This document shows positions 54,759-63,795 of a DNA stretch of 64,000 nucleotides, in pieces. Below the pieces are notes generated by a model. That model saw only the letters and a program-made list of their open reading frames with translations. It had not been told where the DNA came from and searched no databases. Source of the stretch: Candidatus Pampinifervens sinense (GTDB lineage Bacteria > Aquificota > Aquificia > Aquificales > Aquificaceae); contig JAXSPP010000003.1 of NCBI GenBank assembly GCA_037927135.1, forward strand, positions 40,373 through 104,372, in the 5' to 3' direction. The first letter of the stretch is position 1. The number at the start of each line of letters is the position of its first letter. The translations under genes were made by a program, and so were the position numbers.

Positions 54759-55864
54759 TTTTAGCCTCTAATACATCTTTTTCCTTATATAACTTCAGAC
54801 TTGGTCTCATGAGAAGATTAAAGGAATTGGGATATGACGTAGTTTGCATTGCACCAGTAGATGATTACACAGAATATCTTAAAGAAGAATTTTCCTTTTA
54901 TCCTCTAAAAAATCTTGACAGAAAAGGTAAAAATCCGATAAAGGACTTCAAACTTTTTCTTGAGTTTCTCAGTTTATACCGTAAGATAAAACCAGACTTA
55001 GTTATAAACTATACTATAAAGCCTAATATCTATAGCTCTGTCGCATGCGGAATTTTAAAGATACCATCCATTAGTGTGGTTACTGGGCTTGGTTATGTAT
55101 TTGTAAGAGGAGGATTGCTTGAAAAACTAGTGAGAATTCTGTATAGAATTTCCTTTGCATGTAACAATTATATACTTGTTTTAAACTCATATGATTTGGA
55201 TATTATAAAAAGCCTGACAATTCAAACAAAATTAGTATTATTAAACGGTGAAGGTGTAAATACTGACTATTTTTCTCCTGCGATTTGCGAAAAATATGAG
55301 AAGAACAAAGGAAAAACCGTATTCCTATTCATAGGACGATTTCTAAAAGACAAAGGAATTATTGAGTTTATTGAAGCTGGAAAACTCTTATGGCAAGAAA
55401 GAAAAGACTTTGAAATATGGTTTGTTGGTGGCATAGACGATGGCAATCCTCAGTCCCTGCGTGAGGAAGATATAAACAACATAAAAAAGTATGAATTTGT
55501 AAAAGTTTTGCCCTTCTCCAAAGATGTAAGACCTATAATCTGTCAAGCGGACTGTGTCGTTCTTCCTTCTTACAGGGAAGGCATTCCAAGAAGTTTACTT
55601 GAAGCCATGAGTATGGCAAAACCTATAATTACTACCACAAGTCCAGGCTGTAAAGATGTTTGTGAGGATGGTGTGAATGGATTTCTTGTGGAACAGAGGA
55701 GTATTAGCAGTTTAAAAGTTTCTATGGAGAGATTTTTAAATTTAAGCGAAGAGGATAGGCAGAGAATGGGAGTTTTGGGAAGAGAGTTGGCTGTAAGAAG
55801 ATTTGATGAAAAGATAATTATTGAAAAGTATCTGAGTTTAATAGGTAGTATCCTTCAACCATAA
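54740..55864 (+). CDS. Glycosyltransferase family 4 (PglA/WbpZ-like)
   Basis: NFRLGLM, YTIKPNIY, TGLG, GRFLKDKG and PSYREGIPRSLLEAM motifs; TTG start. Confidence 0.9.
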   Translation: MAKKSIVLASNTSFSLYNFRLGLMRRLKELGYDVVCIAPVDDYTEYLKEEFSFYPLKNLDRKGKNPIKDFKLFLEFLSLYRKIKPDLVINYTIKPNIYSSVACGILKIPSISVVTGLGYVFVRGGLLEKLVRILYRISFACNNYILVLNSYDLDIIKSLTIQTKLVLLNGEGVNTDYFSPAICEKYEKNKGKTVFLFIGRFLKDKGIIEFIEAGKLLWQERKDFEIWFVGGIDDGNPQSLREEDINNIKKYEFVKVLPFSKDVRPIICQADCVVLPSYREGIPRSLLEAMSMAKPIITTTSPGCKDVCEDGVNGFLVEQRSISSLKVSMERFLNLSEEDRQRMGVLGRELAVRRFDEKIIIEKYLSLIGSILQP

Positions 55865-56938
55865 TGGCATCTTTTTACGAAGCAGTCTAAAGTATAAAAA
55901 CACATAGAAAGAAGCATATAAGACAAAGCATAGGGCAAGCATAGGACTTGAAGAGTGGAAGACAATTGCGGGAATTAGTGCGATTAGGTTAATAATCCAC
56001 ATAACTGTAGAGGTAAGAGGGTTTCTGAATGGATGTTTTTTTGATTTGAAGAACTTTTTTGTGTATATTTTGTAGACAAGCATGTGTAAGTGAAGACCGT
56101 CTGGTATCATGGGAGATAGCTTTCTCAAAATGGTTTTTCTATATACAGAAAAAAGCGTCTCCACTACTGGGTAGCTATTAACCATAAGGGCAAACCATGG
56201 CGATACTTGTGGATTTCTCTCTACAAGCAAGATAGAAAGAGCACCAACAAGAAAACCAATTATATAGGCACCACCGTCTCCTAAAAAGATAAGACCATAA
56301 GGATAGTTAAGCACAAAGAAGCCTATTATGGCAGAAACTATAAGGAGAGAAACATACAGGAGAGTTAGGTCATTGTGTTTGTAAGCTACGTAGGCGATGG
56401 CTAAAAGGTTTAGCACTGCGGTCATGCTGGCAAGCCCATTAAAGCCGTCTATTATGTTGTAGGCATTTACAAGACCTGCAAGGGCTATGGCGGTAAAGAG
56501 CAAGGAGAAGACCTGCAGGGTAAAAAGGTAGTCCACGTAGGGAATGTCTACCCTTGAGACGGAAAAGCCAGTAAGGAAAACAAAGGAAAGACCAGAGAGG
56601 AAAATTATGGCAAGTCTTTTTTTGGGGCTTAGGCTTTTGGTGAGGTCCTCTATTATGCCTGCAAGAAAGGCAGGCAGGGAGCTAAGGAGTATGAGGGCAA
56701 AAAGAGGAAAGAGGCTTTTATCTTTGAAAAATAAAGGTGGTAGTGCAAGGCATAGGGATAGGAATATGGCAAGTCCACCAAGTCTTGGTGTGGGTTTTTG
56801 ATGGAAGGTTTGGGGTCCTATATGCAAGTGGTCGGTTATGAAAGTCCTGACCTTGTTAGAGAGCAAGACTATGCCAAGGCTAATGAAAAGCGAAACTAAG
56901 AAGGCAAAAACTAAGATTAATAGCTTTGCCTCCTGCAA
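55838..56938 (-). CDS. WecA/WbpL-type undecaprenyl-phosphate HexNAc-1-phosphate transferase
   Basis: PTPRLGG, GIIED, NAYNIIDGFNGL, FLGDGG and PDGLHLH motifs. Confidence 0.88.
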   Translation of the reverse strand: MQEAKLLILVFAFLVSLFISLGIVLLSNKVRTFITDHLHIGPQTFHQKPTPRLGGLAIFLSLCLALPPLFFKDKSLFPLFALILLSSLPAFLAGIIEDLTKSLSPKKRLAIIFLSGLSFVFLTGFSVSRVDIPYVDYLFTLQVFSLLFTAIALAGLVNAYNIIDGFNGLASMTAVLNLLAIAYVAYKHNDLTLLYVSLLIVSAIIGFFVLNYPYGLIFLGDGGAYIIGFLVGALSILLVERNPQVSPWFALMVNSYPVVETLFSVYRKTILRKLSPMIPDGLHLHMLVYKIYTKKFFKSKKHPFRNPLTSTVMWIINLIALIPAIVFHSSSPMLALCFVLYASFYVFLYFRLLRKKMPLWLKDTTY

Positions 56939-56951
56939 AAGAAACCCTCCC

Positions 56952-57980
56952 TCATACTTTCAACACCACCTTTCCAAAATGCCTTGATTCTTCTAAATAC
57001 CTGTGAGCCTCCTGAGCCTCTTCCAGTGGAAAGACCTTGTCCACAACCGGCTTTAAAAGACCTCTTTCAAAAAGCTCCGTTATCTTAAAGAGGTCTGCCC
57101 TTGGACCCATATAAACGCCAAGTAGCTCTATTTCACGCACAAAGATATATCTTATGTCTATCTGTGCCTGTGAGCCTGTGGTAGTGCCAAAAAAGACCAA
57201 CTTTCCACCTCTTTTTAGACACTCCACGCTTTTCCAAAAGGTTTGCGTTCCCACATGGTCCATCACTATATCCACACCTTCTTTGAAAAGCTCCCTCACC
57301 CTCTGTACCACATCCTCCTTGTAGTGGTCTATTACCACATCTGCGCCCAACTCTTTGCACCTTTTGGCCTTCTCTTCCGAGCCTACTGTAGCTATCACAA
57401 AGGCTCCAAAAAGCTTGGCAATCTGGATGCCTGCCACTCCCACACCAGAGGAGCCTCCCCATATGAGCACTCTGTGGTAAGGCTTAATGTTTGCCTTATT
57501 GACAAGGGCATTCCAAACGGTTAGAAAGGTCAAAGGATAGGAGCTTGCCTCCTCAAAGCTAAGGTTGGATGGCTTTTTTATCACATTCCTTGCCGGCACC
57601 TTCACATACTCCGCATAACCACCCTTTGACCTAAGGCCCAGAATATCGTAGTGTCTGCAGTGGTTGTCATGACCGCTCTGACACTCATAGCACACACCGC
57701 AAGAAAGGCCCGGAGCCACCACCACCTCATCCCCTTCCTTTATATCCTTCACCAAGCTTCCCACCCTTTCCACCACACCGCTTATGTCCGCACCCAATAT
57801 ATGAGGAAGCTCGGGCCTTATGGCAAGGGCCCCCATCCTAACCCATAGGTCAAGGTGGTTTAGGGCCACCGCCTTTACCCTTATGAGGACCTCATCTTCC
57901 CTTATCTCTGGCCTCGGAAAGTCTTCCACAAACCTTAGCTTTTCCACACCACCAAAGCCTTCAAGCAAAACTGCACGCAT
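56952..57980 (-). CDS. Zinc-binding MDR alcohol dehydrogenase/quinone oxidoreductase
   Basis: LNHLD, PHILGAD, C..C..C...C structural Zn site, GGSSGVG, HFGKVVL. Confidence 0.9.
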   Translation of the reverse strand: MRAVLLEGFGGVEKLRFVEDFPRPEIREDEVLIRVKAVALNHLDLWVRMGALAIRPELPHILGADISGVVERVGSLVKDIKEGDEVVVAPGLSCGVCYECQSGHDNHCRHYDILGLRSKGGYAEYVKVPARNVIKKPSNLSFEEASSYPLTFLTVWNALVNKANIKPYHRVLIWGGSSGVGVAGIQIAKLFGAFVIATVGSEEKAKRCKELGADVVIDHYKEDVVQRVRELFKEGVDIVMDHVGTQTFWKSVECLKRGGKLVFFGTTTGSQAQIDIRYIFVREIELLGVYMGPRADLFKITELFERGLLKPVVDKVFPLEEAQEAHRYLEESRHFGKVVLKV

Positions 57981-58000
57981 GAGGTAGTATTATATTAGAG

Positions 58001-59416
58001 ATGGACATCCTTAGGACCTACCGCCTTGTGCCTTTGGAGGAGAAAGAAGGCTATATAAAGCTTTTGGTTCCAAAGGGCTTTGACCCCCTTGTGCTGGAGG
58101 AGGTGCGCTTTTCTTTGGGAAAAGAGATTATCCCCGTTTATGTATCTGAAGAGGAGTTTTCTCAAAGGCTTCAAGAGGTTTTGGCCCAAGAGGAACCCCT
58201 TGTAGAGGTGGAAGGTGCGGAGGAATCTGAAGTAAGGGACATACTCTACGAGGAGGAGACAAGCCCAGCGGTAAGCTTTGTAAACCAGACCCTTATAAAG
58301 GCCATAAACCTTGGAGCTTCGGATATACATATAGAACCTTATGAGGGCCAATCCTTTGTAAGGTTTAGGCTGGATGGCATACTCCACCACTATACCCAGA
58401 TTCCCCTCTCCCTTCATGAGCAGGTGGTGTCTCGCATAAAGGTTTTGGCAAACTTAAACGTGGCAGAGAAGAGAATTCCACAGGATGGAAAGATAGCGGT
58501 CAAGGTAGGCAAAAGGCACTTGGATATAAGGGTTTCGGTGGTGCCAACCGTCTTTGGTGAGAGGGTGGTGCTAAGGCTTTTGGAAAAGGGTGGGAAGATA
58601 CTAAGGTTGGAGGACCTTGGCCTCTGGGAGGAGGACCTTTTGAAGCTAAAAAGGCTTTCTCAAAAGCCCTACGGCATTGTGCTTGCCACAGGTCCTACCG
58701 GTTCGGGGAAAAGCACCACCCTTTATGCCATCATAATGGAAATAAAAAGCCCAAAGAGGAACATAATCACCATAGAGGACCCACCAGAATACCAAATAGA
58801 AGGTGTAAGCCAGATACAGGTGAACCCAAAGGTGGGTCTTACCTTTGCCACAGGCCTCAGGGCCATACTGAGGCAGGACCCAGACGTGATAATGGTGGGG
58901 GAGATAAGAGATTCAGAGACGGCCCAGATAGCTGTCCAGTCGGCCCTTACGGGCCACTTGGTCCTTTCCACCCTTCATACCAACGATGCACCCTCCGCCA
59001 TCACAAGGCTTTTTGACCTTGGCATAGAGCCCTTTTTGATAGCCAGCGCCTTAGAGGGTGTAATAGCCCAAAGGCTGGTAAGGAAGATATGCCCACGCTG
59101 TAAGGAAGAATACAGGCCTTCAAAGGAGGAGCTAAAGGAGCTTGGCCTCTCGGGGGACCATACCTTCTACAGGGGAAGGGGCTGTGAGCAGTGTATGGGG
59201 ACGGGCTACAGGGGAAGGACGGGCATATTTGAGGTGCTGGAGGTGGATGAAGAACTCAAAAAGCTCATAGTAAAAACTCAGTCTGCCACAGACATAAGGA
59301 ACTTTGCAAGGTCAAGGGGCTTCAAAAGCATGCTGGAGGATGGTATAAGGAAGGTCCTCTCTGGCATAACAACGCCGGAAGAAGTCCTAAGGGCTGTAAA
59401 AGCGGAGGAAGGATGA
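58001..59416 (+). CDS. gspE: Type II secretion ATPase E
   Basis: ASDIHIEP, PQDG, GPTGSGKST, LRQDPD..MVGEIRD, TGHLV.STLH and a tetracysteine motif. Confidence 0.94.
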   Translation: MDILRTYRLVPLEEKEGYIKLLVPKGFDPLVLEEVRFSLGKEIIPVYVSEEEFSQRLQEVLAQEEPLVEVEGAEESEVRDILYEEETSPAVSFVNQTLIKAINLGASDIHIEPYEGQSFVRFRLDGILHHYTQIPLSLHEQVVSRIKVLANLNVAEKRIPQDGKIAVKVGKRHLDIRVSVVPTVFGERVVLRLLEKGGKILRLEDLGLWEEDLLKLKRLSQKPYGIVLATGPTGSGKSTTLYAIIMEIKSPKRNIITIEDPPEYQIEGVSQIQVNPKVGLTFATGLRAILRQDPDVIMVGEIRDSETAQIAVQSALTGHLVLSTLHTNDAPSAITRLFDLGIEPFLIASALEGVIAQRLVRKICPRCKEEYRPSKEELKELGLSGDHTFYRGRGCEQCMGTGYRGRTGIFEVLEVDEELKKLIVKTQSATDIRNFARSRGFKSMLEDGIRKVLSGITTPEEVLRAVKAEEG

Positions 59417-60549
59417 TAAGAAAAGTAGTGAGCGCCAAAGAAGGTGAGAAAAGGCTATCTGTGGAGTACAACCCTATTACAAAAAGCTGGCAGGTCTCCA
59501 GAAGGTCTGGAAGGGTCCTATGCGTGGTGCCTTCCCACAAGAGCCTCATAAAGGTGGAAGGAAAGAGAAGGATAGAAGACCTTAGGGCCTATGTGAAGGA
59601 GAGGTTTCCAGAGAGCAGGTATGATATAAAGCTTTTGGAGGATAGGGCCTACATAGCCTTGTGTAGAGATTGCTTTGAGTGTGAGGATATAGAGCTGGAA
59701 CCCTTTGCGCTGGCAAGGCTCTTTAGCCTTTATGAAAAGGAGGGCCTTGTCATAGATTTTGGAAAGAAAAAAACGGTCTTTGTGGAGGTGGAAGAGGGGC
59801 TTTTGAGGTCCTTTAGGGTGGTTATGAGGGGGGGAGACTACCTCACGCAAAGGGTAATGGAAAAGAGGAACATAGGCTTTGAAGAGGCGGAGAAGCTAAA
59901 AAGGTCCGAGGGCTTAAATCTGGAGGAGGTAAGGGAGGGCCTCTTGGAAATTTTGGACCTTTCTGGCTACTCTTTTGAAGAAAAAACTCTTCTCCTTACC
60001 GGCGGTGGCTCAAGGCTTAATGGCCTGAGGGAGGTCTTCAAAAGGATTATAGACCTTAGAGTTTGTGAGCCAGAGTATGCGGTGTGCCTTGGCACGTGCC
60101 TGAGGGAGGTATTAAAAAACCCTTATCCAGACTTTACAAAGAAGGAGCTTAGCAAGCAGGATATAAGAAGGATAGCTTATACCGGTGCCAGCATGGGGCT
60201 TCTTTTCTTTCTTAGCCTCTTTGCCATGGAGAGGCTATACTCGGCAGAAAAACTAAGAGAACTTCAGAGGTCTGAGTTTAAAAAGCTCTTTCCAAAGGAG
60301 CCCATAGTGTCCCTTTATGACCAAGTGAGGGCAAAGGTCTCCACAGGAGAAGAATACAGGCTTACAAAGGCATTGCTAAAAGTCCAAGATAGTCTAAGGC
60401 CCGGCATGAGGATATACACCTTTGAGTATGCAGAAGGTAGGCTCATCATAAAAGGTGAGGCAGAAAGGAGCCTTCTTGAGGGCATAAGGCCCTATGCTAT
60501 AAAGGAGACCACAACGGGCAAGGTGGAGTTTGAGATAAGATGGCCATGA
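59413..60549 (+). CDS. gspL: GspL/PilM-like actin-fold protein with C-terminal TM
   Basis: IDFG..KT, GGDYLT, AEKLK and LTGGGSRL motifs, then a TM and periplasmic part; follows gspE. Confidence 0.7.
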   Translation: MIRKVVSAKEGEKRLSVEYNPITKSWQVSRRSGRVLCVVPSHKSLIKVEGKRRIEDLRAYVKERFPESRYDIKLLEDRAYIALCRDCFECEDIELEPFALARLFSLYEKEGLVIDFGKKKTVFVEVEEGLLRSFRVVMRGGDYLTQRVMEKRNIGFEEAEKLKRSEGLNLEEVREGLLEILDLSGYSFEEKTLLLTGGGSRLNGLREVFKRIIDLRVCEPEYAVCLGTCLREVLKNPYPDFTKKELSKQDIRRIAYTGASMGLLFFLSLFAMERLYSAEKLRELQRSEFKKLFPKEPIVSLYDQVRAKVSTGEEYRLTKALLKVQDSLRPGMRIYTFEYAEGRLIIKGEAERSLLEGIRPYAIKETTTGKVEFEIRWP

Positions 60550-60938
60550 TGGCAAAGAGAATAAACCTTATAATGCTTTTAATCTCTGTGCTTTTGCTTG
60601 CCCTTCTCCTTGATAGGTATTACAGACTGAGGACCTCCTACTACCTTGAGTATTTGAGGCACAAGGAGATTATGCTACTCCTTAAGAACTATCAGGCTCG
60701 CCAAAAGGCCACCATAGATGAAAACTTTGTAAGACAAAAGCTATCGGAGGTAGGTGCGGACTTCCTCTCTTTTAAACAAACGGAGGTGGGCTATGAGGTA
60801 AAGGCAAGGAACTTAAAAGGGGAAGGAATTCCAAGGCTTGTTTATGCCCTTGAAAGCGCAGGAGTGGAGATAATCAAGTTTAAGGCTGTGGATAACACGG
60901 GGCAGGGCATATACGAGTTAGAGATGGTCCTAAGATGA
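60540..60938 (+). CDS. GspM-like T2SS protein
   Basis: N-terminal TM, coiled segment and short ferredoxin-like end; lies between gspL and gspK. Confidence 0.6.
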   Translation: MAMMAKRINLIMLLISVLLLALLLDRYYRLRTSYYLEYLRHKEIMLLLKNYQARQKATIDENFVRQKLSEVGADFLSFKQTEVGYEVKARNLKGEGIPRLVYALESAGVEIIKFKAVDNTGQGIYELEMVLR

Positions 60939-61783
60939 CCATAGTATTGGCCCTTTTTTTGTTTCTTAGCGCAAGCCTCGTAGTCATGGACCTATACACT
61001 ACAGTAAAAAGCACACAGATGAGCCTTCAGCAGGTCTATGCACGTATGCAGGCCCTCTATGTATTCAAGTCTGCCCTTCCCTTAGCCATAGCCATCATAA
61101 GGTCCGATGACCCTTCCATAGACCATCTGGGAGAAAGGTGGGCAACGCCTATTAGCTTTAAGACGGAGAGGGGGGAGCTAAGCATAAGCATATACGATGA
61201 GGACAGGTTTATAAACCTAAACACGGCAGGCGACCATCCAGAGCTTTTTAAACATCTCTTTTCAACCCTTAGGATAGATGAGGAATATCTAAACAGACTG
61301 CTCATATGGATAGGCAAAAAGGATGGCTCCTTTGAAAGCCCCTACCCCATAAAGAGAGCACCCCTTAGCTCAAAGGAGGAGCTTTTGTATGTGGGCTTTA
61401 GGCCAGAGGACCTTCAGGGAAAGACCATAGGCAAAGACTTTTACCCAGGCCTTTGGAGCCTTACCACCACCTTCTCCTCTGGAAGAGTTAACATAAACAC
61501 CGCACCCTTTTATGTATTACTTTCTCTGGACAAGGACATGGACGAAGCCCTTGCCAATAGGATCATGGAAAGAAGGTCTAAAGAACCCTTCAAAAGGCCA
61601 GAAGACCTTGTGCTTGTGGAGGGCTTTACCTTTGACATGCTATACAGGATGAGAAACTACATAGACACAAAAAGCAGGTTCTTCCACATAGTCATGGACC
61701 TAAAAAGCGGAGGCTACAGCTTTAGCTTCTCCGCCATATACGACAGACAGGAGGGAAAAATTGTTTATAAAAAGGTATACTGA
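60935..61783 (+). CDS. gspK: Minor pseudopilin GspK
   Basis: DHLGERWA, I.DEDRFINLN and GRVNINTAP..VL.SL HhH motifs. Confidence 0.88.
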   Translation: MTIVLALFLFLSASLVVMDLYTTVKSTQMSLQQVYARMQALYVFKSALPLAIAIIRSDDPSIDHLGERWATPISFKTERGELSISIYDEDRFINLNTAGDHPELFKHLFSTLRIDEEYLNRLLIWIGKKDGSFESPYPIKRAPLSSKEELLYVGFRPEDLQGKTIGKDFYPGLWSLTTTFSSGRVNINTAPFYVLLSLDKDMDEALANRIMERRSKEPFKRPEDLVLVEGFTFDMLYRMRNYIDTKSRFFHIVMDLKSGGYSFSFSAIYDRQEGKIVYKKVY

Positions 61784-62243
61784 AGCTTTGCTATATGGTC
61801 TTCTCCTTTTGAACCTTCTCCTTCACAGGCTTTATGGCCTTCCGAACTTTAGCCCAATAGTGCTTTTGCTTCCCCTTGCCTTTTTGCCCTATGAAAGGCT
61901 CGGCATAAAAAGCTGGTGGAACCTAAGCCTTCTTGCCTTGCCTTTCCTTTACATACTTCACAAAGAAAACTTTCTTGCCCTTTCCTTGCAGGCCTTTGCC
62001 GAAGAGCTTTTCTTTAGGGCCTACCTTATGCAAAGGCTTTCTAACTTTACCGTCTCTCTCCTTTTTACCCTTCCCCACATCATCCTATATGGCCACCTTT
62101 GGTCCTTCCTTACCTTTTTCCCCTCCCTTCTTTATGGCTTTGTCTACCAGAGGACTGGGTCCATTGCCCTTGTGAGCCTTTTGCACCTTGGTAGTAATGT
62201 GCTGTGGTTTAAGGTGATAAAATTTTCTCTATGCACCAGCTAA
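61761..62243 (+). CDS. CPBP (CAAX/Abi) family glutamic intramembrane protease
   Basis: AEELFFRAYL (EExxxR), FTLPH and HLGSN (HxxxN) motifs; very hydrophobic; TTG start overlaps gspK. Confidence 0.85.
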   Translation: MFIKRYTEALLYGLLLLNLLLHRLYGLPNFSPIVLLLPLAFLPYERLGIKSWWNLSLLALPFLYILHKENFLALSLQAFAEELFFRAYLMQRLSNFTVSLLFTLPHIILYGHLWSFLTFFPSLLYGFVYQRTGSIALVSLLHLGSNVLWFKVIKFSLCTS

Positions 62244-63160
62244 TCATAATAGGTGGAGGTCCTGCGGGCATCTCCGCAAGCATATACGCCCAAAGGAAGA
62301 GGATGGACTTTTTATTGATAACTAAGGAAATAGGGGGGCAGGTGCTAAAGGCTGGAGAGATAGAGAACTACCTTGGTTATGCCTTGGTGGATGGCATCTC
62401 CTTTGTGGAGAGAATGCTGGACCAGATGAGGAGGCTTGGTGTGGAGCCCATTGTGGATGAGGTGGTGGAGGTAAAGAGAGAAGAAGAAAGCTTTAAGGTA
62501 AAAACTGCTTCTGGGAAGGAGTTTTATACAAAGACGGTGCTATTTTGCACGGGAGCAGAGCACAGAAGGCTTGGAGTTCCTGGAGAGAAGGAGTATACGG
62601 GAAGGGGAGTTTCCTACTGCTATACCTGTGATGCACCCTTTTTTAAGGATGCCAAGGTGGTGGTAGTGGGGGGTGGAAACTCGGGCTTTGAGGCCGCAGA
62701 CCAGCTTACCAACTACGCAAAGGAAATATACCTTGTGGAGATATCAGACCAGTTTAGGGCGGACGAGGTCCTAAGGGAAAAGGTGCTTTCAAACCCAAAG
62801 GTGAAGACTTTATTAAGACATAGGGTCCTTGAGATAAGGGGGGATGGCAAGGGGGTAAGGTCTGTGGTTTTAGAGGACCTAAGGGAGAATAAAATTTTTG
62901 AGCTTGAGGCGGAAGGGGTCTTTGTGGAGGTTGGCCTAAAGCCCAACTCTGAGCTTGCCAAAAGCTTGGGAGTTTTGACCACACAAAGGGATGAGATAAT
63001 CATAGATTGCAACAATAGGACCTCCGAAAGGGGAGTTTATGCGGCGGGCGATTGCACCAACATCTTTGCCAAGCAGATAATAACCGCAGCGGGCGAAGGT
63101 GCCAAGGCCCTATTATCCATATACCACGACCTCACCTACGGTGTATCCTCATGGATCTAG
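62231..63160 (+). CDS. trxB: Thioredoxin reductase-family flavoprotein
   Basis: GGGPAG, GGQ, GVSYCYTCD, GGGNSG, AAGD and QIITAAGEG motifs. Confidence 0.88.
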   Translation: MHQLIIIGGGPAGISASIYAQRKRMDFLLITKEIGGQVLKAGEIENYLGYALVDGISFVERMLDQMRRLGVEPIVDEVVEVKREEESFKVKTASGKEFYTKTVLFCTGAEHRRLGVPGEKEYTGRGVSYCYTCDAPFFKDAKVVVVGGGNSGFEAADQLTNYAKEIYLVEISDQFRADEVLREKVLSNPKVKTLLRHRVLEIRGDGKGVRSVVLEDLRENKIFELEAEGVFVEVGLKPNSELAKSLGVLTTQRDEIIIDCNNRTSERGVYAAGDCTNIFAKQIITAAGEGAKALLSIYHDLTYGVSSWI

Positions 63161-63795
63161 CCAAGTTTATAGACCATTCTATACTGAGGCCAAACCACAC
63201 TTTAAAGGATCTGGAAGACCAGATAAACAGGTGTGCAGAGCTTGGTGTTTATGCCGTATGCGTAAATCCCTTTTGGGTAAGGAGGGCTGTGGAGATAGCC
63301 AACGGAAGGCTAATTGTCTGTAGCGTTATATCTTTTCCCTTTGGCCTTGACAGAAAGGAAGAGAAGCTTTGGCAGGCCATAAGGGCCTTGGAAGAGGGGG
63401 CAAAAGAATTGGACATAGTCATGAACATATCGGCCTTAAAAAGCGGTTTGTATGGCTATGTGGAGGAGGAGCTAAGGGCCATAGCGAGGAACACGGAAGG
63501 CGCCATAAGGAAGGTGATCATTGAAACGGCTTACCTCACAGAAAAGGAAAAAGCCCTTGCGGTAGAAATGGTGGCCAACGCTGGCATAGAGTTTGTAAAG
63601 ACCTCTACAGGCTATGCTCCCACTGGTGCCACAGAGGAAGATGTGAGGCTTTTGGTAAGCTTTTCAAAGGGAAGGCTAAAGGTGAAGGCCTCAGGCGGCA
63701 TTAGGACAAGGGAGCAGGCCTTAAGGTTTATAAGCCTTGGTGCAGAAAGGATTGGGACAAGCAGCACCTTTGAAATACTTGGAGGAGAAGGATGA
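63151..63795 (+). CDS. deoC: Deoxyribose-phosphate aldolase
   Basis: IDHSIL, FPFG, ELDIVMN, KVIIET, FVKTSTG, KASGGIR and RIGTS motifs; ATG at 63151 chosen. Confidence 0.95.
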   Translation: MDLAKFIDHSILRPNHTLKDLEDQINRCAELGVYAVCVNPFWVRRAVEIANGRLIVCSVISFPFGLDRKEEKLWQAIRALEEGAKELDIVMNISALKSGLYGYVEEELRAIARNTEGAIRKVIIETAYLTEKEKALAVEMVANAGIEFVKTSTGYAPTGATEEDVRLLVSFSKGRLKVKASGGIRTREQALRFISLGAERIGTSSTFEILGGEG

